Positions 1 through 9,862 of a stretch of 64,000 bases of DNA are shown here, in pieces. A program made the position numbers and the translations under genes. The notes beneath the pieces are model-generated. The model had not been told where the DNA came from, searched no databases, and saw only the letters and a list, made by a program, of their open reading frames with translations. Origin of the DNA: Clostridium sp. (GTDB lineage Bacteria; Bacillota_I; Bacilli_A; RF39; UBA660). The first letter of the stretch is position 1. The number at the start of each line of letters is the position of its first letter. The stretch covers positions 5,484-69,483 of the forward strand of contig JAMPDH010000003.1 in the NCBI GenBank assembly GCA_023665725.1, read 5' to 3'.

Positions 1-752
1 TTACAGGAATTGTATCTTTCTTTAAAGAATTATCAACAACATTTGATCTTAATTTTGGAGATATTCAAAATACCTTGAGTAATACATTTACATCTATTTT
101 ATCTAATTTAGGTACATATGTATCTAATGGCGCAATTAATTTCATAGGTGTTTCATTAAGCTTTTTTAGTGCTTTTTTAGTTGGTGTTTCAGCAACTATT
201 TATTTCTTAATAGATATGGATTCTATTAGAAAAGAAGTTAAACTTTTTGTAAGAAAAAAATCTAAGAAAGTTTATAAATATATTTCAATATTAGATGAAC
301 AAATGAAGCAATATTTAATTGGATTTATGAAAATCTTAGTTATTAATTTTTTTCTATATTCCTTTGCATTTTTAATAGTAGGACACCCAAATGCAATACT
401 TTTAGGATTTATGGCATCCTTATTATCACTTATACCTTATTTTGGAGGAATATTTACAAATATAATTGCTTTAGTAACTGCATTTGTAGTAAGTCCTGCA
501 CTTTTTATAAAAACAATTGTAGCTGTTATAATACTTTCAATATTAGATGGAAATGTAATAAGTCCACTTGTTTATGGTAAAGCAAACAAAGTGCATCCTA
601 TAGTAATAATAATGTCAATATTTGCAGGAGGATTAATATTTGGATTTATTGGAGTAGTTTTTGCACTTCCTATAGCAATTATTATAATAACTACTATAAA
701 ATATTTTAAAGAAGATATAAGTGATATAATAGATGATAAGAAGAAAAAATAA
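1..752 (+). CDS. AI-2E family (PerM/UPF0118-like) membrane transporter. The 5' end is truncated; the frame is open to the window start.
   Basis: The frame is open from position 3. The protein is polytopic and hydrophobic, with the typical AI-2E C-terminal motifs (GGIFT, PLVYGKANKVHP) and a charged tail. Confidence 0.5.
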   Translation, partial: TGIVSFFKELSTTFDLNFGDIQNTLSNTFTSILSNLGTYVSNGAINFIGVSLSFFSAFLVGVSATIYFLIDMDSIRKEVKLFVRKKSKKVYKYISILDEQMKQYLIGFMKILVINFFLYSFAFLIVGHPNAILLGFMASLLSLIPYFGGIFTNIIALVTAFVVSPALFIKTIVAVIILSILDGNVISPLVYGKANKVHPIVIIMSIFAGGLIFGFIGVVFALPIAIIIITTIKYFKEDISDIIDDKKKK

Positions 753-774
753 TATTAGTTTGGAGTAATAGTAG

Positions 775-2073
775 ATGAAAAAAATTAAAAAGGAAAAATT
801 ATTTAGAATAGTAAGTATTTGTTTTTTAGGGTTTTTATTTATATTTTATGGGGCCCGTTTTACATATAATTACATATCAGAAAACTTAATAAATAAACAA
901 ACATCGGATTTATTTTCAGATACAATTGTATCAAAAACTAAAAAAGAAAATTTGACATATGAAAATAATACATATACTTTAATTGGAGATATTGATAATA
1001 ACTATGTTTCATATTCAGGAATTTTATGGAGAGTAATATCTGTATATGATAATGAAATTAAGATAGTTACAGATGACAGTATAACTATGATTCCATGGGG
1101 AAATAATAAAGATTATTTAAGTTCAAATATAAATACATGGTTAAATGAAAAATTATTAAATAATTTAACTAGTATAGATTATTATATTCAAGATTTTGAT
1201 GCTTGTTTAAATATAACAAATAACTCCTCTTTATCAGAATGTAAAAACTTAAGTAGTAAAATATCTTTATTATCACTTAATGATTACCTTAAAGCAGGTG
1301 CAAATAATAGCTTTATTAATAATGGAACTTACTTCTTTTTATCTTCAACAGATGAAAATAATTATCCCTGGTATGTCTTTGATAGCGGTGGTGTAAACAT
1401 TGATAAAGAAAACCATATTTATGGAGTAAGGGCTGTCATTTCATTAAAAAATACTGAAGAATTCTATGGAAGTGGAACTAAAAATGATCCATATATAGTA
1501 TTTAATAATCCTATAGATAATTTAGAAGAAGTAGAACTAGGTAGTTATATAGATTATAGTGATTACATTTGGAAAGTGATTTCAAAGGAAGATGATAGTG
1601 TAAAGCTTGTTATGACTGAACCATTAAAAGAAAATGATATAGAAATAACTAAAGCATATTCTAGATATAAAAATGTTTTTGATTTAAATGATAAAACAGG
1701 TATAGCATATTATTTAAATAACACTTTTTATAATAAATTAAATCATAAAGAGTATATAAAAAGTAAAGATTATTATATTGGTAAATATACTGATTATAAT
1801 TTAGATGAGCAATATAGTGAAAAGGTAAATTGTAATGTTGCACTTTTAACACTTGGAGATAATTTTATAACGGAATATGATGATATGTACTTAATTTCAT
1901 CTATAAAAAATGATGGAACAATACCAATAATTAAAAAAAGTATGATTTTTAGTGATTTTGTAAGTTATGAATCTTTAATAAAACCAGTAATATATTTAGA
2001 TAGTTCATTAGAAATAAAAGGTGGTATAGGGGATAGCACTTATCCATTTGAATTGAGGTTAGAAGATGAGTAA
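775..2073 (+). CDS. Membrane-anchored surface protein with two DUF6273-like modules (W[RK]VIS...VRAVI).
   Basis: A GGAG RBS lies upstream. There is an N-terminal TM anchor. A repeated module runs ILWRVISVYDNEIKIV ... YGVRAVISL, with a second copy YIWKVISKEDDSVKLV ... IKPVIYL. Confidence 0.5.
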   Translation: MKKIKKEKLFRIVSICFLGFLFIFYGARFTYNYISENLINKQTSDLFSDTIVSKTKKENLTYENNTYTLIGDIDNNYVSYSGILWRVISVYDNEIKIVTDDSITMIPWGNNKDYLSSNINTWLNEKLLNNLTSIDYYIQDFDACLNITNNSSLSECKNLSSKISLLSLNDYLKAGANNSFINNGTYFFLSSTDENNYPWYVFDSGGVNIDKENHIYGVRAVISLKNTEEFYGSGTKNDPYIVFNNPIDNLEEVELGSYIDYSDYIWKVISKEDDSVKLVMTEPLKENDIEITKAYSRYKNVFDLNDKTGIAYYLNNTFYNKLNHKEYIKSKDYYIGKYTDYNLDEQYSEKVNCNVALLTLGDNFITEYDDMYLISSIKNDGTIPIIKKSMIFSDFVSYESLIKPVIYLDSSLEIKGGIGDSTYPFELRLEDE

Positions 2074-3073
2074 AAAAAAGACAAAGAAAAAATTAAAAAA
2101 AACAACTATTTTATTAATTTTTTTAGATATATTAGCCATTGCATGTTTATTTATAATGTATGGACCAATATCATATTTTAGGAATCTATGGGTGACAACT
2201 TCTATGACTACAAAAAGCCATAAATATTTAGCTAGAACTTTTTTTAATGATGAATCAATAAATAAAATGATATCAAATAACTATGTATCTATAAACCAAA
2301 TAATAGATACAAGCGCTATAACTATAGGAGATATAGAAGAACCAGAGGTTTTTGAATCAATATATGAAGAACAAATATTAAAAAGAGATGAAGGAAATGA
2401 TTTATATAAAATTATTGAGGTAAAGGGAGATAATTATAAAGGGTATATGGCTGTAATATATGACCCATCACGTATTTCTTTAGCGACTGCAAGATATTTT
2501 GGAAAAGGTGGACAAACTATAGATAAAATAGTTGCAAATGAAAAAGCATTTTTAGGAATAAATGCTAGTGGTTTTTCTAATGGGGCAAAAGAAGGAAATA
2601 ATTTAGGGAGTCTACCCAGTGGAAATGTAATAAAAAATGGAAAAGTCATTTGGGATACAGGACATGTTGGAAATTTAATAGGGTTTAATAATGATAATGT
2701 ATTATTTTTAACAAAGTCAACAGCAAAAGAAGCAGTTAAAAATGGAATGAAAGATGCAGTAGAATTTGGACCATTTTTAATAGTAAATGGCGAACCTGCA
2801 ACAATTGGAGGAAATGGTGGATGGGGAATCGCACCAAGAACTGCAATCGCACAAAGAAAAGATGGAATAGTATTATTATTAGTTGTAGATGGAAGAAGTT
2901 CATCAAGTTTAGGTGTAGATATGCAAGAAATTATAAATATATTTATAAAATATAAGGCTTATAATGCTGCAAATTTAGACGGAGGTTACTCTTCAATAAT
3001 GTATGAAAATGGTAAAATAGTTAATGGAATTAAAACTATGAGATATTTACCAACTGCATTTGTTGTAAAATAA
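2066..3073 (+). CDS. Phosphodiester glycosidase family protein (DUF2233/NAGPA-like), membrane anchored.
   Basis: The start overlaps the previous stop (ATGA). There is an N-terminal TM. Motifs GINASGFSN, GPFLIVNGEP, AIAQRKDGIVLLLVVDGR and LDGGYSS are present. Confidence 0.6.
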   Translation: MSKKKTKKKLKKTTILLIFLDILAIACLFIMYGPISYFRNLWVTTSMTTKSHKYLARTFFNDESINKMISNNYVSINQIIDTSAITIGDIEEPEVFESIYEEQILKRDEGNDLYKIIEVKGDNYKGYMAVIYDPSRISLATARYFGKGGQTIDKIVANEKAFLGINASGFSNGAKEGNNLGSLPSGNVIKNGKVIWDTGHVGNLIGFNNDNVLFLTKSTAKEAVKNGMKDAVEFGPFLIVNGEPATIGGNGGWGIAPRTAIAQRKDGIVLLLVVDGRSSSSLGVDMQEIINIFIKYKAYNAANLDGGYSSIMYENGKIVNGIKTMRYLPTAFVVK

Positions 3074-3286
3074 TTAAAGATTATACTAATAAAATAAGGA
3101 GATTTGAGTATGTGCTTTATTATGGCAATGAAGACTATAAAGAAAGAGGGTAGTTTTTATCCTGTGCAGAATGAAGAAACATTGTTGATAAAAAAACATC
3201 AGAAATGCAAAAAGTTAAACAATTGAAAAAAAGATAAAATAACAAAAAAATTAGAAAATTTAATCTAATTTTTTTTAATAAACATA

Positions 3287-3829
3287 TTAATCAATTAAAA
3301 ATGTATTAATTCCATATTGTTCTTTTAGAGGATCAAAAAAGAATTCATTTATTACCGGATTATATGTTAAATATGCAAATATAACATATATTATTATAAT
3401 AAATACTAACGAAACTATATTTAACCAAGTGTAGTTTTTTTCTAATGATAAAATTTTATATGAAATAAATTGAGTAATAACAATAGCTATAAATATAATA
3501 AAAATAGTTATAGGTAAATTTTCACCTATTTTATAGTATACAGGTAAAAAAATAATTAAAAATATAATTATATTAGAAATAATAGAAATTAAAATACTAA
3601 ATAGGAAGTTATTGTACTTAATATTAAGTTTTTTTAACAGTATATATTCTATTATACTGTAAATAAGTATTGAGCTAGAAATTATTTTCATATGTTCAAA
3701 TATACTTTCATTTACAGAAAAAAATATAGAAAATAATGTGTTTGGAAACCAATCATATAAAAAATGACATAAAAAACTAAGCAAAAAAATCCCAAAAATA
3801 CTAATAATTTTAACTTTTTTTAAATTCAT
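3287..3829 (-). CDS. Hypothetical polytopic membrane protein.
   Basis: A 180-aa ORF with 5-6 hydrophobic segments. No recognisable family motif. Confidence 0.35.
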   Translation of the reverse strand: MNLKKVKIISIFGIFLLSFLCHFLYDWFPNTLFSIFFSVNESIFEHMKIISSSILIYSIIEYILLKKLNIKYNNFLFSILISIISNIIIFLIIFLPVYYKIGENLPITIFIIFIAIVITQFISYKILSLEKNYTWLNIVSLVFIIIIYVIFAYLTYNPVINEFFFDPLKEQYGINTFLID

Positions 3830-3944
3830 AATACACCTCTTAGTTAATATTATGATATAATTTTATAAAAATATTAAAAAAATGCTATAAAAAAAAGGAA
3901 ATTTAAAAGTTTTGTCGTATATTATTAGTAGGGTGTGATATTTC

Positions 3945-5669
3945 ATGATAAATAATGATGAAATAACTGATATAAGAAATAGTGTAGATATAGTAGATGT
4001 AATATCAAGATATATTCCATTAACTCCAAAAGGTAAAAACTATTTTGGAGTATGCCCATTTCATGATGATCACTCACCAAGTATGAGTGTTTCACGTGAA
4101 AAACAAATATATACTTGTTTTACTTGTGGCGCGACAGGAAATGTATTTAAATTTATAATGGATTATGAAAATATTTCATTTAAAGAATCACTAAAAATAG
4201 TTGCTGATATTGCTGGAAAGACTATAAATATTAAAAACATAAAACACGCGACAACGCCAAATCAAGAATTATATGATATTTATGATATAAGTGCAAAATA
4301 TTATCAAAATAATATAAATACAACAGTAGGAAAAGAAGCAAAAAATTATCTGTATGAACGTCTTATAGATGATAATATCATAAAAGAGTTTCAAATTGGA
4401 CTAGCTTTAAAGGAAGGCACATCATTAGTGACACTCCTAAGTAAAAAAAATTATAATAAAGAAAATCTAATTAAAAGTGGTTTAATTTTGAAAAGTGAAA
4501 AAGGTTATATAGATATATTTTATAATAGAATAATGTTTCCACTTTATGATATACAGGGTAGAATTGTTGCTTATAGTGGTAGAATATATAATCAAAAAAG
4601 TGACTCAAAGTATATTAACACTATGGAAACAGAAATTTTTAAAAAGGGCGAAATACTATACAATTACCATAGAGCTAAGGAGGAAGCAAGAACTAAAAAC
4701 CAAATAATAATTGTTGAGGGCTTTATGGATGTAATTAGACTTTATTCTATTGGTATAAAAAATGTAGTTGCTTCTATGGGAACCGCTGTAACTAGACAAC
4801 AAGTAAATTTACTTAAAAGGTTATCTAAAAATATTATATTACTTTTTGATGGAGATAAAGCTGGTGCCAAGGCAACCTATTCATGCTCTAACGAATTAAT
4901 AAAAGTAGGAATCATTCCTAAAATAGTAAGATTAGAGGAAAATTTAGATCCAGATGATTATGTAAAAAAATATGGAAGTCAAAAAATAATAGATAAAATA
5001 AATAATCCCATTAATATAATGGATTTTAAGTTATCATATTTAAAAAAGGATAAAGATTTTAACAATAACATGGAGAAGGCAACTTATATTAATGAAGTGT
5101 TAGAAGAATTAAATAAAATAGAGGATGATATATTAAAGGAATTAACACTTCAAAAAATAAGTGAAGAAACAGGTCTTGATAAAGATTTTATAAAATCTAA
5201 ATTAGGTGAAAAAAAAGTAGTTAAGGAAAAGATAAAACAAGTTTCGAGTGTTAAATTATCTAAATATGAAAAAGCGCAAATGTATTTAGTATATTACATG
5301 TTAAAAAGTGTAGAAGTTATAAAAATATATAGTAAAAAAATTACGTACATTCCTATAGAAAAATATAGGAAATTAGCCTTTGAAATAGATTATTTTTATA
5401 AAAAAAATAGTAAATTTGAAATGGCTGATTTTATAACATATTTAGAATGTGAAAATAGTAAACTACTTGATGTTATTAATGAGATAAATTTATTAAACCT
5501 TAAAGAAGAATATGACTTAGAAGAAATAAATGATTATGTAAAGACAATAAATGAGTATAATATAAAAAATGAATGTGATAGGCTAAAAAATAAAATGAAT
5601 AATGAAGTTAGTTCTATAGAAAAAGCAAATCTATTACAACAAATAATAAATTTAAAGAAGCAAAGTTAG
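3945..5669 (+). CDS. dnaG: DNA primase.
   Basis: CHC2 zinc finger (CPFHDDHSPSMSVS...YTCFTCGATGNVFKF), a TOPRIM region (IIVEGFMDV, LLFDGDKAG) and a C-terminal DnaB-interaction domain. Confidence 0.9.
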   Translation: MINNDEITDIRNSVDIVDVISRYIPLTPKGKNYFGVCPFHDDHSPSMSVSREKQIYTCFTCGATGNVFKFIMDYENISFKESLKIVADIAGKTINIKNIKHATTPNQELYDIYDISAKYYQNNINTTVGKEAKNYLYERLIDDNIIKEFQIGLALKEGTSLVTLLSKKNYNKENLIKSGLILKSEKGYIDIFYNRIMFPLYDIQGRIVAYSGRIYNQKSDSKYINTMETEIFKKGEILYNYHRAKEEARTKNQIIIVEGFMDVIRLYSIGIKNVVASMGTAVTRQQVNLLKRLSKNIILLFDGDKAGAKATYSCSNELIKVGIIPKIVRLEENLDPDDYVKKYGSQKIIDKINNPINIMDFKLSYLKKDKDFNNNMEKATYINEVLEELNKIEDDILKELTLQKISEETGLDKDFIKSKLGEKKVVKEKIKQVSSVKLSKYEKAQMYLVYYMLKSVEVIKIYSKKITYIPIEKYRKLAFEIDYFYKKNSKFEMADFITYLECENSKLLDVINEINLLNLKEEYDLEEINDYVKTINEYNIKNECDRLKNKMNNEVSSIEKANLLQQIINLKKQS

Positions 5670-5681
5670 GAGAATAATATT

Positions 5682-6761
5682 ATGGTAAATGAAATAAAAG
5701 GGTATGAGACAAGAAAAAATGAATTAGTAGAAAAAGGAAAAAGAGACGGATTTATAACTTATGAAGAACTTGCAAAAACTTTAAAGGGATTAGAATTAGA
5801 CGCAGATACTTTAGATGATTTATATAATGCTTTTAATGAAAATAATATAGCAATAGTATCAGAGGATGAAGAAGGAGAAAATGGAGTAGAAAAACTTTTA
5901 CTAGATGATGATACATTAACTAAAGATTTAACTATAAATGATCCAGTTAGAATGTATTTGAAAGAAATTGGACAAATTAAATTATTAACCATGCAAGAGG
6001 AATTAGATTTAGCAGATAAAATTTTAGAGGGAGATGAGTCTGCTAAAACAATTCTTGCAGAGGCAAATTTAAGATTAGTAGTAAGTATTGCTAAAAGATA
6101 TGTAGGGCGTGGAATGCTGTTTTTAGACTTAATACAAGAAGGTAATATAGGTTTAATGAAAGCAGTAGATAAATTTGATGTAACTAAAGGATATAAATTT
6201 TCTACATATGCTACATGGTGGATTAGACAAGCAATTACTAGAGCGATTGCAGATCAAGCTAGAACAATAAGAGTACCAGTTCATATGGTAGAAACAATAA
6301 ATAAGCTAGCACGTATACAAAGACAATTGACACTAGAATTAAACCGTGAACCAACTGAACAAGAATTATCAAAAAAAATGAATATTTCAGTTGAAAAGAT
6401 AAGAGAAATATATAAAATTAGTCAAGAACCAGTTAGTCTAGAAACTCCAATAGGAGAAGAAGATGATTCCCATTTAGGTGACTTTATAAAAGATGAACGT
6501 AATATGAGTCCTGAAGAATATGCAACAAATGAAATGCTAAAAGATGAAATATCAGAAGTGTTACTTACCTTAACTGAAAGAGAAGAAAAGGTAATAAGAT
6601 TAAGATTTGGGCTTGAAGATGGCAAATCTAGGACACTAGAAGAGGTTGGGCAAATGTTTGGAGTTACTCGTGAAAGAATAAGACAAATAGAAGCAAAAGC
6701 ATTAAGAAAGCTAAGACATCCATCACGTTCTAGAAAATTAAAAGACTATATGGAGGATTAG
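5682..6761 (+). CDS. sigA: Primary RNA polymerase sigma factor SigA/RpoD.
   Basis: AGGAG RBS. Region 1.2 ([11 protein letters not shown]), region 2 ([52 protein letters not shown]) and region 4 ([28 protein letters not shown]) are all present. The dnaG-sigA order is conserved. Confidence 0.92.
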   Translation: MVNEIKGYETRKNELVEKGKRDGFITYEELAKTLKGLELDADTLDDLYNAFNENNIAIVSEDEEGENGVEKLLLDDDTLTKDLTINDPVRMYLKEIGQIKLLTMQEELDLADKILEGDESAKTILAEANLRLVVSIAKRYVGRGMLFLDLIQEGNIGLMKAVDKFDVTKGYKFSTYATWWIRQAITRAIADQARTIRVPVHMVETINKLARIQRQLTLELNREPTEQELSKKMNISVEKIREIYKISQEPVSLETPIGEEDDSHLGDFIKDERNMSPEEYATNEMLKDEISEVLLTLTEREEKVIRLRFGLEDGKSRTLEEVGQMFGVTRERIRQIEAKALRKLRHPSRSRKLKDYMED

Positions 6762-7366
6762 TGATTTTATCCAAAAGATTAAAAACAATCGCTGATATGG
6801 TAGATACTAAAATAATTTATGATATAGGTTGTGATCATGCACTTTTAGATATTTATCTATCAGAAAAGGAAACATATTGTATAGCTATAGATATAAGTCC
6901 TTATTGTATAGAAAAAGCTTCTAAAAATATAGGCAATAATAAATATATAAAATTGTTAGTTAATAATGGTTTACAAGGAATAGATATAGTTAATAATTCA
7001 ACTGTTATTTTAAGCGGTATGGGAGTAAAAACAATATTAGATATTATAAATGGTAAAAATATAGATAACTTAATATGTCAAACTAATAAAAATATATATG
7101 AACTAAGAAAAAAAGTTTGTTCTTTAGGATATTATATAGAAAACGAAAAAGTAATATTTGATAAAAGATATTATATTATTATAAAATTTAAAAAAGGAAT
7201 TTCTAATTACAATGAAAAAGAACTTCATTTAGGACCTATACTTCTCAAAAACAAAACCGATATTTATTATGATTATTTAAAGTATTTAAAAAAAATAAAT
7301 ATTAATATTAGGTATCATAATATCGAAAAGCAAAATTTACTTAAAATAATAAACGAAGAGTTATAA
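6761..7366 (+). CDS. trmK: tRNA (adenine22-N1)-methyltransferase TrmK (YqfN family).
   Basis: GTG start overlapping the sigA stop. LSKRL...IYDIGCDHALLDIYL aligns with the YqfN N-terminus. Position after sigA matches Bacillus. Confidence 0.65.
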   Translation: MILSKRLKTIADMVDTKIIYDIGCDHALLDIYLSEKETYCIAIDISPYCIEKASKNIGNNKYIKLLVNNGLQGIDIVNNSTVILSGMGVKTILDIINGKNIDNLICQTNKNIYELRKKVCSLGYYIENEKVIFDKRYYIIIKFKKGISNYNEKELHLGPILLKNKTDIYYDYLKYLKKININIRYHNIEKQNLLKIINEEL

Positions 7367-7380
7367 ATCTCTTCGTTTAT
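7349..7380. terminator. Bidirectional intrinsic terminator between the convergent trmK gene and the 7380..7748 gene.
   Basis: A 12-bp perfect stem (ataaacgaagag / ctcttcgtttat) with an 8-nt loop, overlapping both stop codons. Confidence 0.6.
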
Positions 7381-7748
7381 TATGCAAAAAAAGTTGGACC
7401 CTGATTGTTATCTATATTTATACTATTATTTTCTTGAATAGTTTGTTTATTGTTTTGATTTTTATTAATATTTTGATTATTTACTACATTATTTGAATTA
7501 CTAGGAGTATCTACTTTTTTAAACTCATTCATAACTCTAAACATAGTTTTAGCATTTTTTACAACTGGGGAAATTTGTTTAATAGTAGGTATTGTTTGAT
7601 TTATAATATTTAAAGTCCTTTGAGTTCCATTTAAAATACTACTCCAGTTAATCCCATTTCTAAATAATCTTGAGAAAAGTCCAGTGCCTACCCTCGTTGG
7701 AATTGCTGTGTATGGGTATCCCATACCATAAGGAAAGTAGTAGTTCAT
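7380..7748 (-). CDS. YqfQ/VrrA-like hypothetical protein, Asn/Gln-rich.
   Basis: MNYYFPYGMGYPY...GLFSRLF...LNGTQRTL...IKQISPVV resembles the B. subtilis yqfQ product, which lies near sigA-yqfN. The call rests on low-complexity similarity only. Confidence 0.35.
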   Translation of the reverse strand: MNYYFPYGMGYPYTAIPTRVGTGLFSRLFRNGINWSSILNGTQRTLNIINQTIPTIKQISPVVKNAKTMFRVMNEFKKVDTPSNSNNVVNNQNINKNQNNKQTIQENNSINIDNNQGPTFFA

Positions 7749-7850
7749 TTATAACACCTCTAAAATATTATATGAATAAAATAAAAAAAGTTTTACAAAA
7801 TATAAAATTGTGTTATAATATTTTATAGAATAGGGATTGGAGTGTGCAAT

Positions 7851-9851
7851 ATGACAAATTTATTGTCAAAAATAGTCAACATAATAAAATATCCTTTCAT
7901 TGGACTTTTTTTTACATTATATATAATTGTGTATGTAATATACTTATTATTTAAATATCTTATACTAGGTATTATATTTATTATATATGCACCATTTAAA
8001 TTAATTTCAGGATTGCTTAAGCCCAAAGAAAACATACCAAAAACAAAACCAGAAAAAATAAGTTCAAGTAAAAGAAAGCAAGATGTAATAGAAATTCGTA
8101 ATCAAAAAAAATTACAAAAAATAGAGAAGCAACAACTTAGAAAACAACAAAAAGCTATGCTTTTTGAAAAGAAAAAACAAGAAAAGGAATTAGACAAGGT
8201 TAATCGTTTGACTAATGACCCTAAATTTGCTAAGAAACAAGCTGCAAAGGAAGCAAAAAAACAGGCTAAATTAGAAAAAGAAAATTTAATAAAACAAAAG
8301 TTATTAAACAAGGCAAAATCTGATATAAAGAAGGATGAAACCAGAGAAGAAAAAGCATTAAGATTGCTTCAAGAAAGAGAAGAAAAGAAAAAAGAAAAGG
8401 AACGTATTAGAAAGCTAAAAAAAGAAGCAAAACAAAAAGTTTTAGAAAAATCTAAACAAGATATTTTGGAAGATCCAAAACTTGCTAAGTATGCAGGCAA
8501 ACCATTTGGAAAATTAATTCAAAAAATATATACTTTGCCATTTGTAAGACGTGCTAGAAATAAAAGAGATATAAATAGACAAGCATTAATGCTTGAATTT
8601 GATAATAAATCAACTAAAAAAAATGAAACAAAGGTTGTATATATTTATGAAGCAAAGAATCCAGAAGGCAAAATTGTTAGAGAAAAATTTGCTGCATATT
8701 CCAAAGTAGAGGTACATTCATTTTTGCTTAGTGAAGGATATGAAGTATATAGTATAAAAACAAATCCTTTAATTCAAATATTATTTAAAGAAAACGCTAC
8801 TGTTAAATTTAAAACAAAAGATTTAATATTCTTTTTAACACAATTATCAACTTATATTAAAGCAGGTATTACTTTAGTAGAAGCATTAAAAGTATTATCT
8901 AGGCAATATAAACAAAGAAAGTACAAGGATATATTTAGAGGACTTATATATGATTTGTCTACAGGAGAAAGTTTTAGTAATGCCATGCTAAAACAAGAAA
9001 GTACATTTCCTAAGTTACTTATAAATATGGTTAAAGCGGCGGAACTTACAGGTGAGTTGACAGAAGCACTCGACGACATGGCAGATTATTATTCTGAGGT
9101 AAATAAAACAAGAAAACAAATGATTAATGCAATGACATATCCGGCTATTGTTCTATTTATATCTATTGCAGTTTTAACGTTTATAATGGTTTATGTTATT
9201 CCAAAATTTGTTGATATGTATGAAGCAATTGATCCAAGTAAAATACCTGGATTTACTATAGTAATAATGAATATAAGTAATTTCCTTCAAACTAATATTT
9301 TATATATTGGAATTATACTTGTTGTCGTTATTATTGCATTTATTTTATTATATAAAAAGGTTAAAGTATTTAGAACAACTATCCAATGGATATTAATGCA
9401 TATTCCTGTTATAGGAAATGTGATTATTTATAATGAAGTGTCAATGTTTACTAAGACATTTGCGTCATTACTTGCGCATAATGTATATATAACTGATAGT
9501 ATGGAAATATTACAAAAACTTACTAATAATGAAATATATCAATCAATTATTCTTGAAACAGTTACTAATTTAGCAAAAGGAGAAAAAATTTCATCTGCAT
9601 TTAAAGATCATTGGGCATTCCCAATTCCTGCATATGAAATGTTAGTAACTGGAGAAAGCACAGGTCAACTTGCAGAAATGATGCAAAAAGTATCTATATA
9701 TTATCAAGAATTACATAAGGATATTGTAACAAAGATTAAAACATTATTAGAGCCTGCATTAATCATAATATTAACTGTAATGGTTGGAATAATAGTTCTT
9801 TCAGTTGTAGTACCAATGTTTAGCTTATATAATGCAATACAAGAGATGTAA
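7851..9851 (+). CDS. pilC: Type IV pilus / T2SS platform protein PilC/GspF with a roughly 240-aa N-terminal extension (2 TM plus a Lys/Glu-rich low-complexity region).
   Basis: GGAG lies 9 nt upstream of the ATG at 7851. The GTG at 7842 has no RBS. The C-terminal 425 aa carry two T2SSF repeats (TFPKLLINMVKAAELTGEL..., LVTGESTGQLAEMMQKV) and three TM segments. An extended -10 (TGTTATAAT) sits at 7811-7819. Confidence 0.8.
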   Translation: MTNLLSKIVNIIKYPFIGLFFTLYIIVYVIYLLFKYLILGIIFIIYAPFKLISGLLKPKENIPKTKPEKISSSKRKQDVIEIRNQKKLQKIEKQQLRKQQKAMLFEKKKQEKELDKVNRLTNDPKFAKKQAAKEAKKQAKLEKENLIKQKLLNKAKSDIKKDETREEKALRLLQEREEKKKEKERIRKLKKEAKQKVLEKSKQDILEDPKLAKYAGKPFGKLIQKIYTLPFVRRARNKRDINRQALMLEFDNKSTKKNETKVVYIYEAKNPEGKIVREKFAAYSKVEVHSFLLSEGYEVYSIKTNPLIQILFKENATVKFKTKDLIFFLTQLSTYIKAGITLVEALKVLSRQYKQRKYKDIFRGLIYDLSTGESFSNAMLKQESTFPKLLINMVKAAELTGELTEALDDMADYYSEVNKTRKQMINAMTYPAIVLFISIAVLTFIMVYVIPKFVDMYEAIDPSKIPGFTIVIMNISNFLQTNILYIGIILVVVIIAFILLYKKVKVFRTTIQWILMHIPVIGNVIIYNEVSMFTKTFASLLAHNVYITDSMEILQKLTNNEIYQSIILETVTNLAKGEKISSAFKDHWAFPIPAYEMLVTGESTGQLAEMMQKVSIYYQELHKDIVTKIKTLLEPALIIILTVMVGIIVLSVVVPMFSLYNAIQEM

Positions 9852-9862
9852 GGAGTTATAAT

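Noticed and set aside
1661-1852. 63-aa minus-strand ORF inside the 775..2073 gene. The same class of ORF also occurs at 2434..2649, 5759..5992, 6422..6625, 7823..8035, 8102..8311, 8852..9079, 10216..10524, 12975..13157, 15348..15578, 15795..16016, 17594..17879, 19711..20004, 22005..22259, 22535..22882, 30831..31013, 31702..32196, 34640..35076 (+), 36415..36903 (+), 37332..37670 (+), 40889..41101, 42428..42679, 46675..46860, 56735..56959 and 63276..63503.
   Set aside because: All lie antisense to, or fully inside, longer ORFs that have clear family motifs and RBSs. They have low-complexity Tyr/Phe/Ile-rich translations typical of AT-rich noise.
3111-3226. Possible small ORF with an AAGGAG RBS downstream of the phosphodiester glycosidase gene.
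   Set aside because: The RBS-proximal ATG gives only 6 codons. The longer 34-codon frame starts 20 nt from the RBS. It is probably just a 3' UTR.
7842-7850. GTG at 7842 as the pilC start (ORF-track start).
   Set aside because: It has no spacer to the GGAG RBS. The ATG at 7851 has 9-nt spacing.
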